A DNA stretch of 64,000 bases, taken from contig NGBS01000295.1 of assembly GCA_002245135.1 (NCBI GenBank), positions 62,001 through 126,000 of the forward strand, written 5' to 3'. Under the pieces are notes generated by a model that saw only the letters and a list, made by a program, of their open reading frames with translations, was not told the origin of the DNA and made no database searches. Shown one piece after another: positions 1 through 13,809 of the stretch. The position numbers and the translations under genes are program-made. Position 1 is the stretch's first letter. Every line of letters starts with the position of its first letter. This DNA comes from Proteromonas lacertae (taxonomy: Eukaryota).

Positions 1-3000
1 ACTTATAAATGCATATTTGAATCTGTTGATGTTCATCAACAGTTAAACCCATTTAAGTCACATATTATTGTATATCATTTATCATTCTATGGAAAAAATA
101 ATAATCAATTGGTATTTATTCCTGTAACTGAAAAACCTTTGGTAGTTGTTAAAGTTATTCAAAAGAGTGAAAGACATATATTTTTTGATATTCAAGTGAA
201 TAAAGAATCTAACATTTATGCCATATATGATAATGACAACTTTTTAGCTGGTGTTTTAGATTTCAGATATGGTTTTATGGAAGTGAGTCATGTTGTTGAG
301 CCAAATCTACTTATAGATTATGAATTGAAATTGCATAGATTTAAAGTGAGAATAATAAAAAATGAACTATTATCAACAATTTCTTTTGATTATTTATATT
401 TATATGGTTCTAATTACAAGTATATTATGTTAATATAATATTTATGTTTTATAGAACTAAACCAATAATAATTAAATCTGATGGTGTTGATGTTATATTT
501 GATGAAAATGAAAAGATATCTTCTTACAATAGAAATAATAAAGCTGAAATAGTAATATTTCCATATTGTAAAGAAATAAACCATTGTATATTAATTTTAA
601 TATTAATGTGAATAGTAATAAATGATGTAAATATAACACTATCAAACCATCAAATATATATTTACAAACCATATGTTTTTCAGTGGATTGAATTGTTATT
701 GAATTATGTTTTAATCTCAGAAATACCTAATCCAGAACCACAACCAGTTAATACAATAATCAACTTAACTGATTGTAGTATTAGAATTTTATTGAATGAT
801 AAAAGTTATGATAATTTTTATAGTATAAAAGTAAGAGGTAAACAAGAAAAAGCAATTGATATTGTTACTTTTGGTGTAAAGAATGATTTCAAATTGAAAT
901 TAACAGATATAGAAATAAAATACAAGAAATATCTTTTGAATAATGAAGTATTGAATATCCCATTTTCAAAGATATTTTCGTTGAAAGTTAATGGTTCAAT
1001 AGATGAAATTAATATGAAATACAAGATAAAAATAAATAATCCAATTATCTCTCTTACTCCTTTACTTTACACAACATTTCTCAGTTTATTTTCTAATAAT
1101 TTTTCAGTTGCTTATGGAAAAGCATTAACAAATCCAAATCTATCAAAAATGTCTATTAATTTGGAGTTATTGTTCAAAAATTCAATTATATCTTTAGCAT
1201 CAGGTGGATATGCGAGTGGAAAAAGTATTCAGCCTTTAATTGGTGAATCAAAATACATCAAAATGGTATTAAACTCAGATGGAAATAGTGGTGATATGTC
1301 ATTTCAATTTAATTTATCAAATATGAATTTCAAGTGTAATAACAATCAAATATGTTTGAATGTAGATGAAGGTTCAAAGATTTATGTTGATTATTTAGCT
1401 TATAACAATTGGATTGATAGAAAGATGAATGTAATTATTCAAGATGGTAATATGTTGTTGTTGAATGATGTTTTTACTCATTTATATCAAGTATATTTTT
1501 ATATTGTTATTGTGTTATAGTTTATTAAAGAATACTTATATATAACAAGAATACAAAATCCGCCATATTCAAAATCAGTTATAAACTTACAATTTGAGCA
1601 TTTCAATATGTTTTATAAATCGCCATCTTATGGTGGAATAGGAATTGTAACAGATCTTAATTTATTATTGGAATTAACAAATATATCAAATATATATCAT
1701 GGAGTATTATCCAATACTCATTTATATTCATTACCAGAATATGGATTAGGATTTAAGAAAGAAATCGCTGTTATTGAAGAAAAACTACTTTTAGATGTTG
1801 ATTATACAAACATTGATATAAAATCATCAATAAGAATAAAGACATTTAAAATTAATGTTGATTATCAAGATATATTATTGTTTATAAACTGTTATAGTCA
1901 AGTATCTAAAATGTCATCTCCTGTATACTAATCATTTTTTAATCATTTAGCAAAATGCAATATTACAAGTTGGGGTTTATCCTAATGTATTCATTGATAC
2001 TTTAGCACTTACATACAATTCAAACCACAAGCCATTATTACAGTGTTTCTGTATTAATCTGTCATCTATGTTCAAGACTAAACCTTCCCCATTAGTTAAG
2101 TTTTTTTCAATATTTAGAGTAGATATTTATCAAAATGATGAAAGTATTCCATTTTTTGAACCAGTAACACTTCATATTGACAATTATATTGATAAGAGAT
2201 TCTATGATATATATTATCAATCTATATCGCATGCAGTTTCTTTTACCATTACTCCACCACACATAGATGTTTTTAATCAGCTAATAAGTGATTATGAATT
2301 ATTTTCTGGTTTGATGTATCAAGCCATTAATGTATAGTTATCTTTTTCTATATATATACATCAATAGCGTCATGAAATTATGTATTTGAAGATAAATAAC
2401 TGCTTAACATCACCAATTGATATTGAACTTACATTTGATAACAATGTATTATCTCAACAAAGGATATTTTCAAAATGTTCTAATGAAATAGAAATTCCTT
2501 TAGTTCTATCAGATATATTTTATTCTAAATATTCGTATGGTACAAATGTATTACTTACAGTAAAATTTAAAGATGAAATTATATTATTTAACCATACAAT
2601 AAACTTAGAAGCAAAATCAAGAATAGTGAAGAAAGAAAACATTTCAATCAAATTTGAATTCAATGTAGATGATCCATTCTTGTATATTATTCTAAAATAT
2701 TGATAATAGAATTTTATCAATCGAATCTTTATTCACTGTTCATAACCATACTGTATTTCCACTAAATATCTCCACTAAATCTTTACACTTATATACAGTA
2801 CAACCGTATGAAAAGGGTTTTCAATTAACTACAACTCTCTCTGATTGTATATCACTTTATCCAAACAAAATACAGTATAATTACATTCTCTATTATACTT
2901 TATAGAAATGCAACTTATCAAACATTAATGGATATTTCTGTTGAAACTTTATTCTTTAAGAAAGAAGGTATGATTTATGAATTTATAGAGAATGGAGAAA

Positions 3001-6000
3001 AACAATATCTGACTCTATTACCTGAAAGAATTAATGATATTTATATATTACATATATTCCCATATTATATATTAAGAAACTGTTTGCCTCATTCAATATC
3101 GTTAATTATTACAGAATCTAAAAGAATTGATAAAGTATTATAACTATTTTATATTGTATTTAGAATAAAGTAAATATATTAGACAAAGGAGATTGTTTAG
3201 AATTATATTCAAAAATAACCAATAAATCAAAAATACACATTTCTATCAACACAAAGTCATTTCAATTCACAGTCAAGTTGAAAAGATTATTCGTATAATT
3301 ATTATTAGATTGTAATGATTAACATAGAAGAGTGATAACTATACAGATATATACCACTTAAAATCGTCAATTACATTATTACACAAAGGAGCATATTTAT
3401 ATATATTTGTTCCATTAATAATACACAATAATACAAATACAACATTCTCGTATTAATGTATTGTATTGTATAAATAGAATATTCATAAAGAATCAATATC
3501 AACAAGCTAGATCATATCATTCACCATTATTGAATGAATATAATGATTATTTACCATTGTATTTACCTACTTCATGGATGTATTTTTATATATTCATTTT
3601 TATGTAATATTCTATAGGAATGATCCTTCATTCTCAGTTGGTGTTGGTAAATCTCATAATTGTCATTTCATTCGATTGCATAATTTCAATAGTCATTCAT
3701 TTACTGTGGAGAATAAGAAGTATTCTGTTTTTCTTAATAAAGCAGTAAATATACTACATAATAATCGTTTAATAGAAAATGAATACTTGTGTAGAATATA
3801 AATCAATAATAATTGAAATTAATCCAATCTATTCCATAATCCAAAATCTTCCATATCCTATCATAATTAATGATAAGGAATATGAGCCAAATAATGATAA
3901 GAACAAATATCCAGTTTATTCTGATTCTTTGATGTGCAAATTTCCAGTAAATAATACACCAATTCAATTGGAAATTGATAAAATAGATTTTCCACTTTCA
4001 TTCAATTTAAGAGATGGAAATGGAAATGTAATTGATATTATTTCATTAGAAAAAGTTGAAAATGATACATTACAATTTTGCTCTTATAGTGATATTAGTA
4101 ATTCTCCTATTTTATTACTAAACCAAACTCCATTTTCAATTCAATATTATCAACAATCATATATACAAAACAAACAAATAATAAAAGAGAATGAAGTTGA
4201 AATAATTGGAATAGATATTAGTAATAGAAACTCAATAACTTATGTGATAAATGGCAAGCATTTTGAAGTAAGTTATTTTTTTATAGTATCTTTACTTAGA
4301 TTCCATTTAATGCAAAAGAATCAACAAGAATAGCATTTGAAAAACATTTTGATCAGAATAGTCAGAATCTACATCTTTATACAAACACATTTTATTCTAT
4401 AAATATTCAATATACCAATTTGTATTTGTGTTATCAAGAATTATTGTATTAATTATTCATTCATATGTTTGATAGTATAATAAATCGAGGCATTTGTTCA
4501 TTAAGATCACATCAATGGACTCCAATTTACTTTGTAAAATGTAAAATACCTTCTTATGAAATAGTAAGCAATGAAAAGGAATTATTAACTTATGATTCTG
4601 TTGTTGCATTATTTACTTTTACTCCAATGAATCAGTTGGTAGTTTTATCATCAAATATATTGAGTTTGGTTGAATGGATTCCTTATAATAATAAATTAGC
4701 ATCAAATAATATGTTTTTCATAAGATCTCCTTCTTCTAATGTTGATAAGAATGATAATAGTATTTTACACACAGGTAGTTATTTTGTATTGGAAAGTTAT
4801 GAAAATTTTCTGTTGAACAAAGTATATTAAAAAATAAGTATGATGTAATATAGAATCAATTCATTTCATTAAATGATAAAACCAGTTCATTAGAGATTAA
4901 CTCATTTCCGTTAATATTACAATGTCATAAATACTCATCAGAACATTATCCTTGTTGTAACTTATACCTTTGTAAAACAAAAGCAATCAATAACAACAAT
5001 AATGATCAAACTGTATTTACCGATAGAAAACTATTATTGTAATAGATTTATTCAATTTTGCCATATGAATATCACAAAATGTCTAACTCTTTGTTATATG
5101 AACCTTTCCATCTGAATATATCACTTCCTTATTTATCATTTTCTATATTTGATAATGTAAGTGAAGTATTAAGAATATCAATATTTGATTTTAATTATGA
5201 TATGTCTTATATACCAAGTATTGATATATTGTCTCTAATATTGAATGTTTCAAATCTTCAAATTGATAATCAAATATGTATATATATATCTACAGCTATT
5301 TTTATATATAGTAAATACATATCCTGAAGTGATAATGCAGCCAGTTCAATATAAACACTTCAAACATAGAAATGCTGTAGTGTTAAGATCAGAATTTATA
5401 TTAAAACCATCACCAAAATATTCTCTATTTCGTAATATCAATCTATTTGATTTATATATTTGTGATATGGATATATCAATTAATTATGATATTATTAGAA
5501 AACTATCAACTTATATACCAGAAACCTTACATCAATATTATAATATACATTCAGATATAATAACATCCATAAATATTATTGATTTATATAACAGTAACAA
5601 TTTCAATGCTTCAGAAATATCAATGAATAATTATCATTTACAATCATTTCATATTTCACCAATCAATTTGTATGTAAGTATGTGGGGTTTGAAAGATACA
5701 AAGTTCTTAAAAGATTCCATCAATGCTTTAACTTGTTTTGAAAGAATTCCAATATCAATAAAACAATATGAAATAGAAAATGGTGATTATAATTATGATG
5801 AAGTTATTTCTGCATTATATTATCATTATATGAAGAAAACACTTCCAATAGTATTGAAGGTTATGGGTAGTTTGAACATTATAGGAAATCCAGTAGTTGT
5901 TTATAAAGAAATTACATTAGGAGCTGAAGGATTGATGTATAGTTTGCAAAAGAATAATAAAGTAATTACACATGTAAGAAACACATCTATTCTCATGATA

Positions 6001-7162
6001 TTATTAGGGATTTTTAAAAGGTTCTCATGATTTTATACTTGGTTTTTCATCTGGTATTTCTGGTTTATTATATTCATTAACAAGTACATTTTCAAATACA
6101 TTAGCTGGTTTAACAATGGACAAACATTATCTAATTACAAGAAATATAATTAGATTTAACAAAGGAAAATGTAATTCATTGGTGAATAGTACAAATTCAT
6201 TAACACACAGTTTAAGATGTGGTGCAATGTCGTTTATTCATACACCAATAGTAGAAACACAGAAAGATGGTATTGTAGGTTTGTTCAGCGGAATTGGTAA
6301 AGGATTTGGGAGAGGAACTATTAAAACACTTACAGGTGTATTTGATTTAATCAGTGATTCATGCTATCAATTGAAAGAACTATCATCATTGTATCGTGTT
6401 TCATATTCTCGATTATTTGCTCCAAGAATGTATGATATTAATAAAAAGATCACTTATTTGAATGGATATCCATCTAGTTTGTTTGAATGCTTGTTTGATA
6501 TGAATATGCCTTATGGTTATGAAGGTGTAACTCAGTACAATGGTGATATAATAATCCCAAATTTATCAAACCAATTATATTGTACACATATATATTTTGA
6601 TTCAATTAATTCTATTTTATTATTAACAAAAACACAATTAATGTTCATTACTTGTGGCTCATCTCTATCTCCATTTTCAATATCATCTATTAAGAAAAAT
6701 GATTCACATATAATAAACAATTCAGAAATCATTATTGAATGGTCTATTCCTGTTAATACATATTATTTTTCTTTTTATTATCTGATAGTCAGCAAATATC
6801 AGAATTTGTTTCATTCAGGAATTTTAGATGTAATGTCCTTGCCCTTTGATCAATTTGATCATTGTGATGATTCGGAGCTTGTTAAAAATATAACACAATT
6901 ATCATTAAAGAACAATCCAAATGTTAATAAAATTATTCTTATATCAATCTATAATCATTATTTAAAGAACAGTTACAAGATTTCTGGATTGAAGTATATT
7001 TTTCTCTTTTATATATATAGAAATATGTTTTCTCTGCTTAATATTAAACATATATTCCCATTATTATTCATGTTACATCTGTTGTATGAACAAGATTATG
7101 AAATGTCTTCAATTTTGAATGAATTATGTGTTACAATTCCTCAAATTAAAAATTCCTATTAG
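1..7162 (+). CDS. VPS13: VPS13-family lipid transfer protein, 3' part (5' end outside window), many short introns
   Basis: Listed + ORFs join in frame via ~28-38 nt GT..AG introns, traced by hand with no frameshift. C-terminal motifs VMGSLNIIGNPV and GIVGLFSGIGKGFGRGTIKTLTGVFDLIS resemble the VPS13 C-terminal/ATG_C region. Confidence 0.8.
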
Positions 7163-7204
7163 ATTTAAAACAAAAATTTGTTTTTTTGGGGGGAGAGTTA
7201 TTCA

Positions 7205-8467
7205 CTAATTAGTTTTATTTTTTATCTTTCTTCTCAGCATCACCTTCTACTTTTTCTCCTTCTTCTCTTTCCTCTTCTTCCTCATCTTCTCCAATTAAAT
7301 TCATCAATTCCAATGCAGCTTTGGCAGCTGCTTCTTTTCTTTCTTTATCACTCATATTTTTAGAATTCTCTCTCACCCATTTTGCTTTTTCTATCGCTTT
7401 TTCATAATTATCTAAGAACTTTTCTTCTATTATAAAATATTAATAAAAATATATCATACGACTGTCTTTCTCTATTTTTGGTTCTTCTATTTTTATTGTA
7501 TGATCTTGTTTTTCTCTTAATTCCTCTATTACTCTATCACATTCAATTTTATGTTTCTTCCAATCCTCTTTCTGACATTCTTTACTACAATAAAACACTT
7601 TCTTACATCGACTACATCGTTTTAATTTTATTTCTCCTTCTTCTTTCTTATGGCAATTATCACATTCTCTTTTTTCACTATCTTTGTTTATTTCATTCTC
7701 ACATTCCATATTTCTTGGAATTTGATATAATGGATCAACAACTGGTCTTTCATTATTATTCTTCATTACCATATTCTTCCATAATACACATTCAAAACTT
7801 TCTATAATTCGAGCAATTCCAACTTTTTCTCTTTCATTTTCACCTAATTGTTATATTATATATATATTATATACTTTCTTTTGGATTTGTATTATTTAAT
7901 GGAACAAATTCAAATGAATGATCTAAACACCAATCTATTACTTTTAATCGAATTTCTTCAGTGTTTGATATTTTATCACTAAAACTACCACATAATAATC
8001 TCAATTCAATTGATTTGTTCTTATTCAACAGATCTTCATAATACTTCAGAAAAGAATTACTTATGTACTATTGTAATGCATTATATTATAATAACTTATA
8101 CGTCAGTACATTTAAATAAGATTATTAAAGCAGAGATTTCTTTACTTATTTCCTCAGGTATTCTTTCGATTTGGATTTTATCGCTAACAACTACTATATC
8201 AACCTATTCTTTATATAGATATACAAATACATCACAAGTGTAGTATTGAGTATCTAAACGAATTGGATAGAAACGAAAATCTACACAATCAATTTGCTCT
8301 ATTCGTCTAAAATTATTACTACTGTTTATACTCGCTTTTAACACCATCAGTTGTACTAAGTTTAGAAATCAAACCTATTTTCACTATATATTTCTATAAA
8401 TACCATTTAACAAACTCTTTTTACCACTATGGCTTTCGCCCATTATCAATATAATGGGTTTTGGCAT
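7205..8467 (-). CDS. AAGAB: Alpha/gamma-adaptin-binding protein p34 (AAGAB/Irc6) with an inserted MYND zinc finger
   Basis: Spliced model: [19 protein letters not shown]..., [41 protein letters not shown], then MYND ([26 protein letters not shown]), then [17 protein letters not shown] and an acidic tail; TAG at 7205-7207. Confidence 0.8.
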
Positions 8468-8874
8468 TTTTTTAATGAATTGGGTTACGATAATTTTTGT
8501 TAAAATTCCCCAATAGTTTAAAAGTTGATTAAAGATATTAATAACGCTAAATCATTGTGAAAAATATTTAGTATAACATGTGTTTTAAAAATAGATAATT
8601 ATAAACAACCTAATTTTGATATTTAATAAATTAAAATATAATACAGCAATAGATACCAACATATATCTTTTCTTCTTATTTCATTATCAGCTGATATTGG
8701 ATAAATCAAGTATATTGTCATTTAAGAGCATAGATATTTTATTATATTTTAATTTAACAATATTTGCCACTTTTTCTTTTATATAGAATAATAATGATAT
8801 ACTATTATATTTGAGTATTAATATCAATAAACAACACAAATTTAGCAAATCATAAGATATTAGTAATAAACTAT

Positions 8875-11009
8875 TCATTTTTGATGAGTAACTGATAATA
8901 ATTCCATTGAATTATTAAGTGGATATATTGCAGCATATGGATATAATGGAGAAGGTAAATCTTTAACAAGTAAAACAGGAGATGAATCATTATGATTTAT
9001 CCAAAATTCTCTTTTATTCATATCAACAATCACTTCATAAATTGAACCATCTCCACATTTATTGAAATTTGGATTTTTATTAACAACTGTTCCAATATGA
9101 CAATATCTTGTAATATCTTGACTTTCACCATAATATGCATAATAACAACATGTTGTTGATTCATTATAAATATCATCTCCAAAATATGTATTATTAGTTG
9201 ATAATCCTATCATAAGATAATCATTATCACTTGAATTACTTCTTTTACTGATTTTGTATTTGATATGATAAACTCCACTTTCCATTTTTAAATTCAAATA
9301 ACAATGAACATAACGATTTCTACTTGTCTTTGTTATTAATTTTCCATTATTTGAGATTGATATTCCATCATTTTTGTTTAATTCGGTGAAACTGATTGAT
9401 TCTAATGATATTTTGAATTTCTTTTCATTTAGAATATTCTTACAACTTATTTCATATTCTCTCTTTTCTAATTCTTTATTTACTTTTCCATGAATTATTC
9501 CACTTTCTTTATCAATCACTAATCCATCAGGTAAAAATGGATTTATTGAAAATTCACATTTTATTCCATCAAATGAAGGAATTATTGAGATTTCTTCATC
9601 TAATATAAATGAATATTCTGATTGAGGATATGAAAAAGATGTAATTTTCTTTACTAATATTCTTTCAATCATTTCTTTATCAGCGATTATTTCTGTTATA
9701 CGATTATCTTCTTCTTCATTTAAACCACTTTCATAGATATAATTAATTATATGCTGAATTGATTCTTCACTTAAATGATAGTGGAAATTCAATATTTTGA
9801 ATAGAGTGTCAATTCCACAAAGATCTTCAATTGTTGAAATATGCTTATTTTCATCAACAAACAAACATAAACATTTAACTGTTCTTTCATTCTCTTTTTC
9901 ATTTAATAATCTCTTTAAAAATAGACTTTTCTTGTCTTTTTCAACTATTCAAATATATATAATTATTTATATTTTATACTTTCATATTCTATTCCACTAT
10001 CTATTATCATTAATAAACCAATTTCATTCATTTTTATTTCTTCTTTGTTTAATAATATAGCAATTATTTCTTCTAAATTATTTTGGTTTAACATTTTCAA
10101 ATCTTCTACTTCGATTGTTGTTTTATCTTCTTCTATGTAGTATTTATATATCATTTCTTGTATTTTATCATTCGAAATCTCTCTCAAATCTATTGATATA
10201 TGATTAACTCTTTTGATTTCATCATATAAATTCAGTTCTTTTATTTCTGACATTGTTTTATTTGACATTTCTTCAATTTTTATCTTTTCTAAATGAATAT
10301 ATTTCTTTAATAATTGTTTAAAATCTTCTTTTAATTCATTCACTTCATCTTCATTTTTATTCATATTCATATTCATCATTTCACTTTTCCATTTCAATAA
10401 TTGATTCAACAACCAAGTTTCATTCTCAATTATCAAATTATTACAACTTAATATAAATTCTAAATCTTCGATTGTTAGTTTGAATAATAATTCTTCATTT
10501 CTTAAATATTTATAACCATTTCTTTTGATATAATCTTCACACATATCCTTTATATCATTTATATTCTTGCAATTCACTTCATGGAGAGTATTAAATATTT
10601 CCATCATCATTAAGTCATTTAAATGATTTTTAATATATTTCTTACATTTTTGTAATAAAAACATATCATCATAAAATAAACAAAATGATAACATTTTACA
10701 TACATTATCATCTCTTAATTCCATTGTTCCACCACTGTAATATTTCTCTATCTCATAAAATAACTCAACATCACAACAATCATATAACTCTAACACACCA
10801 TTGAATTGATCATCTTCTATTAACTTCTTGAACGTTTTATTACCATGTAATAACAACGATTTTACACACAACACTTCTTCTCCTTTTATTATCACTTTCA
10901 TATCACCATATCCTTCATTCACTAAATCTCTTCCCAAACTATTCAAATATATTATTCAATTAATTTCAATATACCCTCTTAAGCCAATATCTGAATTTAT
11001 TAATTTCAT
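8875..11009 (-). CDS. BTB/BACK - putative Ig (He_PIG-like) - SPRY/B30.2-like protein, paralogue 1
   Basis: BTB start GYGDMKVII; BACK-like LEFILSCNNLIIENETWLLNQLLKW; FSINPFLPDGLVIDKESGIIHG (He_PIG-like); C-terminal ..VDMNKREFWI..PLYPYAAIY (SPRY-like); 2 introns. Confidence 0.75.
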
Positions 11010-11115
11010 TAAAATTTATTCGTTATGAAATGAAATTGGTTTATCAAAACATATTTGAAATATCAAACTCTCACAGTTTATTTTTTTAAAAATCTTCCTC
11101 AATAAATAAAGTGAA

Positions 11116-12551
11116 ATGTCTGCTTCTATGCCAGCTGACAGTGTAGTATTAGAAGAAGAAGTAGATCCAGATTATGAGCCTTCCGAAGCTGAAATAATCG
11201 ATTATGCCAAATGGTTAGGAATGGATCCTGTAGCTGATAAAGATTTATTGTATTTAGCGAAAGAGGGTTTAAAAGTATAAATATTAGGTGTAAATGTAAT
11301 AGGCTCCTTTACCTGCTGATTGGAAGCCTTGTCATACAACAGATTCTAATGATATATATTATTTTAATTTTCGAACCGGTGAGAGTACTTGGGAACATCC
11401 CTGTGATGATTATTATCGAAAATTATTTGATGAAGCTAAAAAGAAGAAATTGAGAGAAGTATGAAAGTGTGTAAATATATATATAATGCTAATAGGGTGA
11501 AAATCAGACAAATGATAAAAAGAAGAAAGAACGAGAAGATATAAACCAAATCGTAACAAAACAAACTCAATCAAACAAAGGAAGTAGTTTAGGTGCTTTA
11601 AAACCAGTAGGAGGATTAAAATTAGAAAAAGTATATATAATATATAATATATAATAATATTATATTCATAGAAACAAGATATATTAAAGACTTTAACCTC
11701 TTCATCTTCATCAACTCCAAAAGAACTTCCACCTCCTTCAATATCAGCTGGTTCATTATTATCAAAGAAACCATCAGGTTTATTTCCTAATAATAACAAT
11801 ATATTATCGTCTAATAGTCAATATTCTCAAAATTTGAAAATGTCATTACAAGATTCATCTACTTTTAATAATAATAATAATAATGAAACAAAAGAAAATG
11901 AATCTGAATTGAGAAGAAATCATACGAAAGAATTGAATAATTTAAAAGATGAATTTGATGATGAAATATTTGAATTGCGACGAAAACATAAAGTATAAAT
12001 ATAATATTAATTATTAATATAAATAGCAAACACTAGCAGATTTAGAAGATGAATTAAAAAAGAAACAAAAAGAGCGAAGAGAAGATCTTCAAGCCAGATT
12101 TGATGATGAAATAGCAGAAATGAATCGAAAACATAAGAAAGATATAAATGATTTAGAAGAAAAGAATGAAAATGATATTGAAAACACAAAAAGAAGATTA
12201 GAAAGAGAAATCCAGGATATAAAAGATGAATATGATGAAATGAAAGTGAAATTAGAAGATCAACAGAAAGAACAAAAAGAGAAGTTAAAGTCATTGAATT
12301 TGGATATGAATAAAATAAATGTATTAGAAAATGATTTAAAAGAAAAGAACAATGAATTAAATGAGTTGAAAAACAAAATGAAAAAATATGAAGATGAAGT
12401 AAATGAATATTTAAATCAATTGAAAGATAAAGATGAAATAATAAGTAATAATAATAAAAGAATCAGTAAATTAGAAGTAGAAATGAAAGATAAAAGTGAA
12501 GAGATTGATATTATGAAAATAGTCAAAAGTATAATTTATATATATGATTAA
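11116..12551 (+). CDS. CEP164: CEP164-like centriolar protein (WW domain + coiled coil), 3' end apparently truncated
   Basis: Spliced: [68 protein letters not shown], the CEP164 N-terminal signature, then coiled coil. Ends at a donor-like GTATAA at 12529 with no convincing acceptor. Confidence 0.85.
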
Positions 12552-13684
12552 TACCAACACGTTGAGGGTTATACTTCGTTGATCTTCCCCAAACATATGC
12601 ATAGTTGAATTTATCAACTAAATCTTTATGTATTTGTTTACAAGCACCTTCCACAGTTATACCATTTCGACTATACGATAATACAACTGGTTCAGTAAAA
12701 TCAGGTGCTTCTCCTCTAGGTTTAGTATATACTCTTATTAAACCCATCGATTTCCATAATTCTTCAAGTAAATAATCTAAATTCAAATTCATATGAACAG
12801 AACAAACTGTTGAATTAGGTAAATGAGCTAAGGCATCTAAATCTTCTATATCAATATTATCAATTTTATTATAAACATATAAACATTTTACATATTTTCG
12901 ATTTCCTTCTACTACATCAATAAAATCATCAGGACTACAGTCTTCACGGAATAGCACATTCGCATTATGAATTCGATATTCATGTAATATATTATATACT
13001 TCTTTAGCTGGATCTTCACCAAATTTCGTTAATTTTACTGTTGTGGAAAAATTCACTCCACCTCCATGAGTTATTTTGAATGTTATATTGGGAGGTTGAC
13101 GGTTTAACCGTAATCCAACTAATTCTAATTCATGTTCTAATAAAGCACGATGATTTTTTTCTTCTTCTTTTGAAGCATCTAATACCATTAAGATTAAATC
13201 AGCACTTTTAGCTACTGATATTACTTGACGACCTCGACCTTTACCATAAGCTGCACCTTCGATTATACCTGGTAAATCTAATAATTGAATTTTTAAACCT
13301 TTATATTCGATATTTCCTGGTATACAGGTCAAAGTAGTAAAAATCATAAGCAGCTTGTTCAGATTCAGTTTTCGTTAATACACTCAATAAACTGGATTTA
13401 CCAACACTAGGAAAACCAATCAAAGCAACTCGAGCATCACTACTTTTTGCTACATCAAAGCCTTCTCCACTTTTACCGCTTGATGTCTTTGGACATAGTA
13501 ACTATTAGTTTTAGATTTATCACTTTTATATACTTCTGTTCTTAGTTTTGCTAAACGAGCTTTCATTACCCCAAAATGAAACTCAGTTGCTTTATTCTTT
13601 TGAGTTCGAGCCATTTCATCTTCTATATATTACATTATTATATTCATATATACCAATTTCTTTTATCTTTTCTAGAATACCCAT
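12523..13684 (-). CDS. DRG2: Developmentally regulated GTP-binding protein 2; +1 frameshift near 13340; last ~12 codons missing
   Basis: [57 protein letters not shown] domain [16 protein letters not shown]. Confidence 0.93.
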
Positions 13685-13809
13685 TTTATTGAAATAACAA
13701 AAATGAAATGAGAAATCAAATAGGTAATCAAGCCTATATTAATTATTTTCTTCTTTTATTTTCTTTTATAAACACTATATAGAAGTTATTATTATATAAA
13801 ATTCAACAA

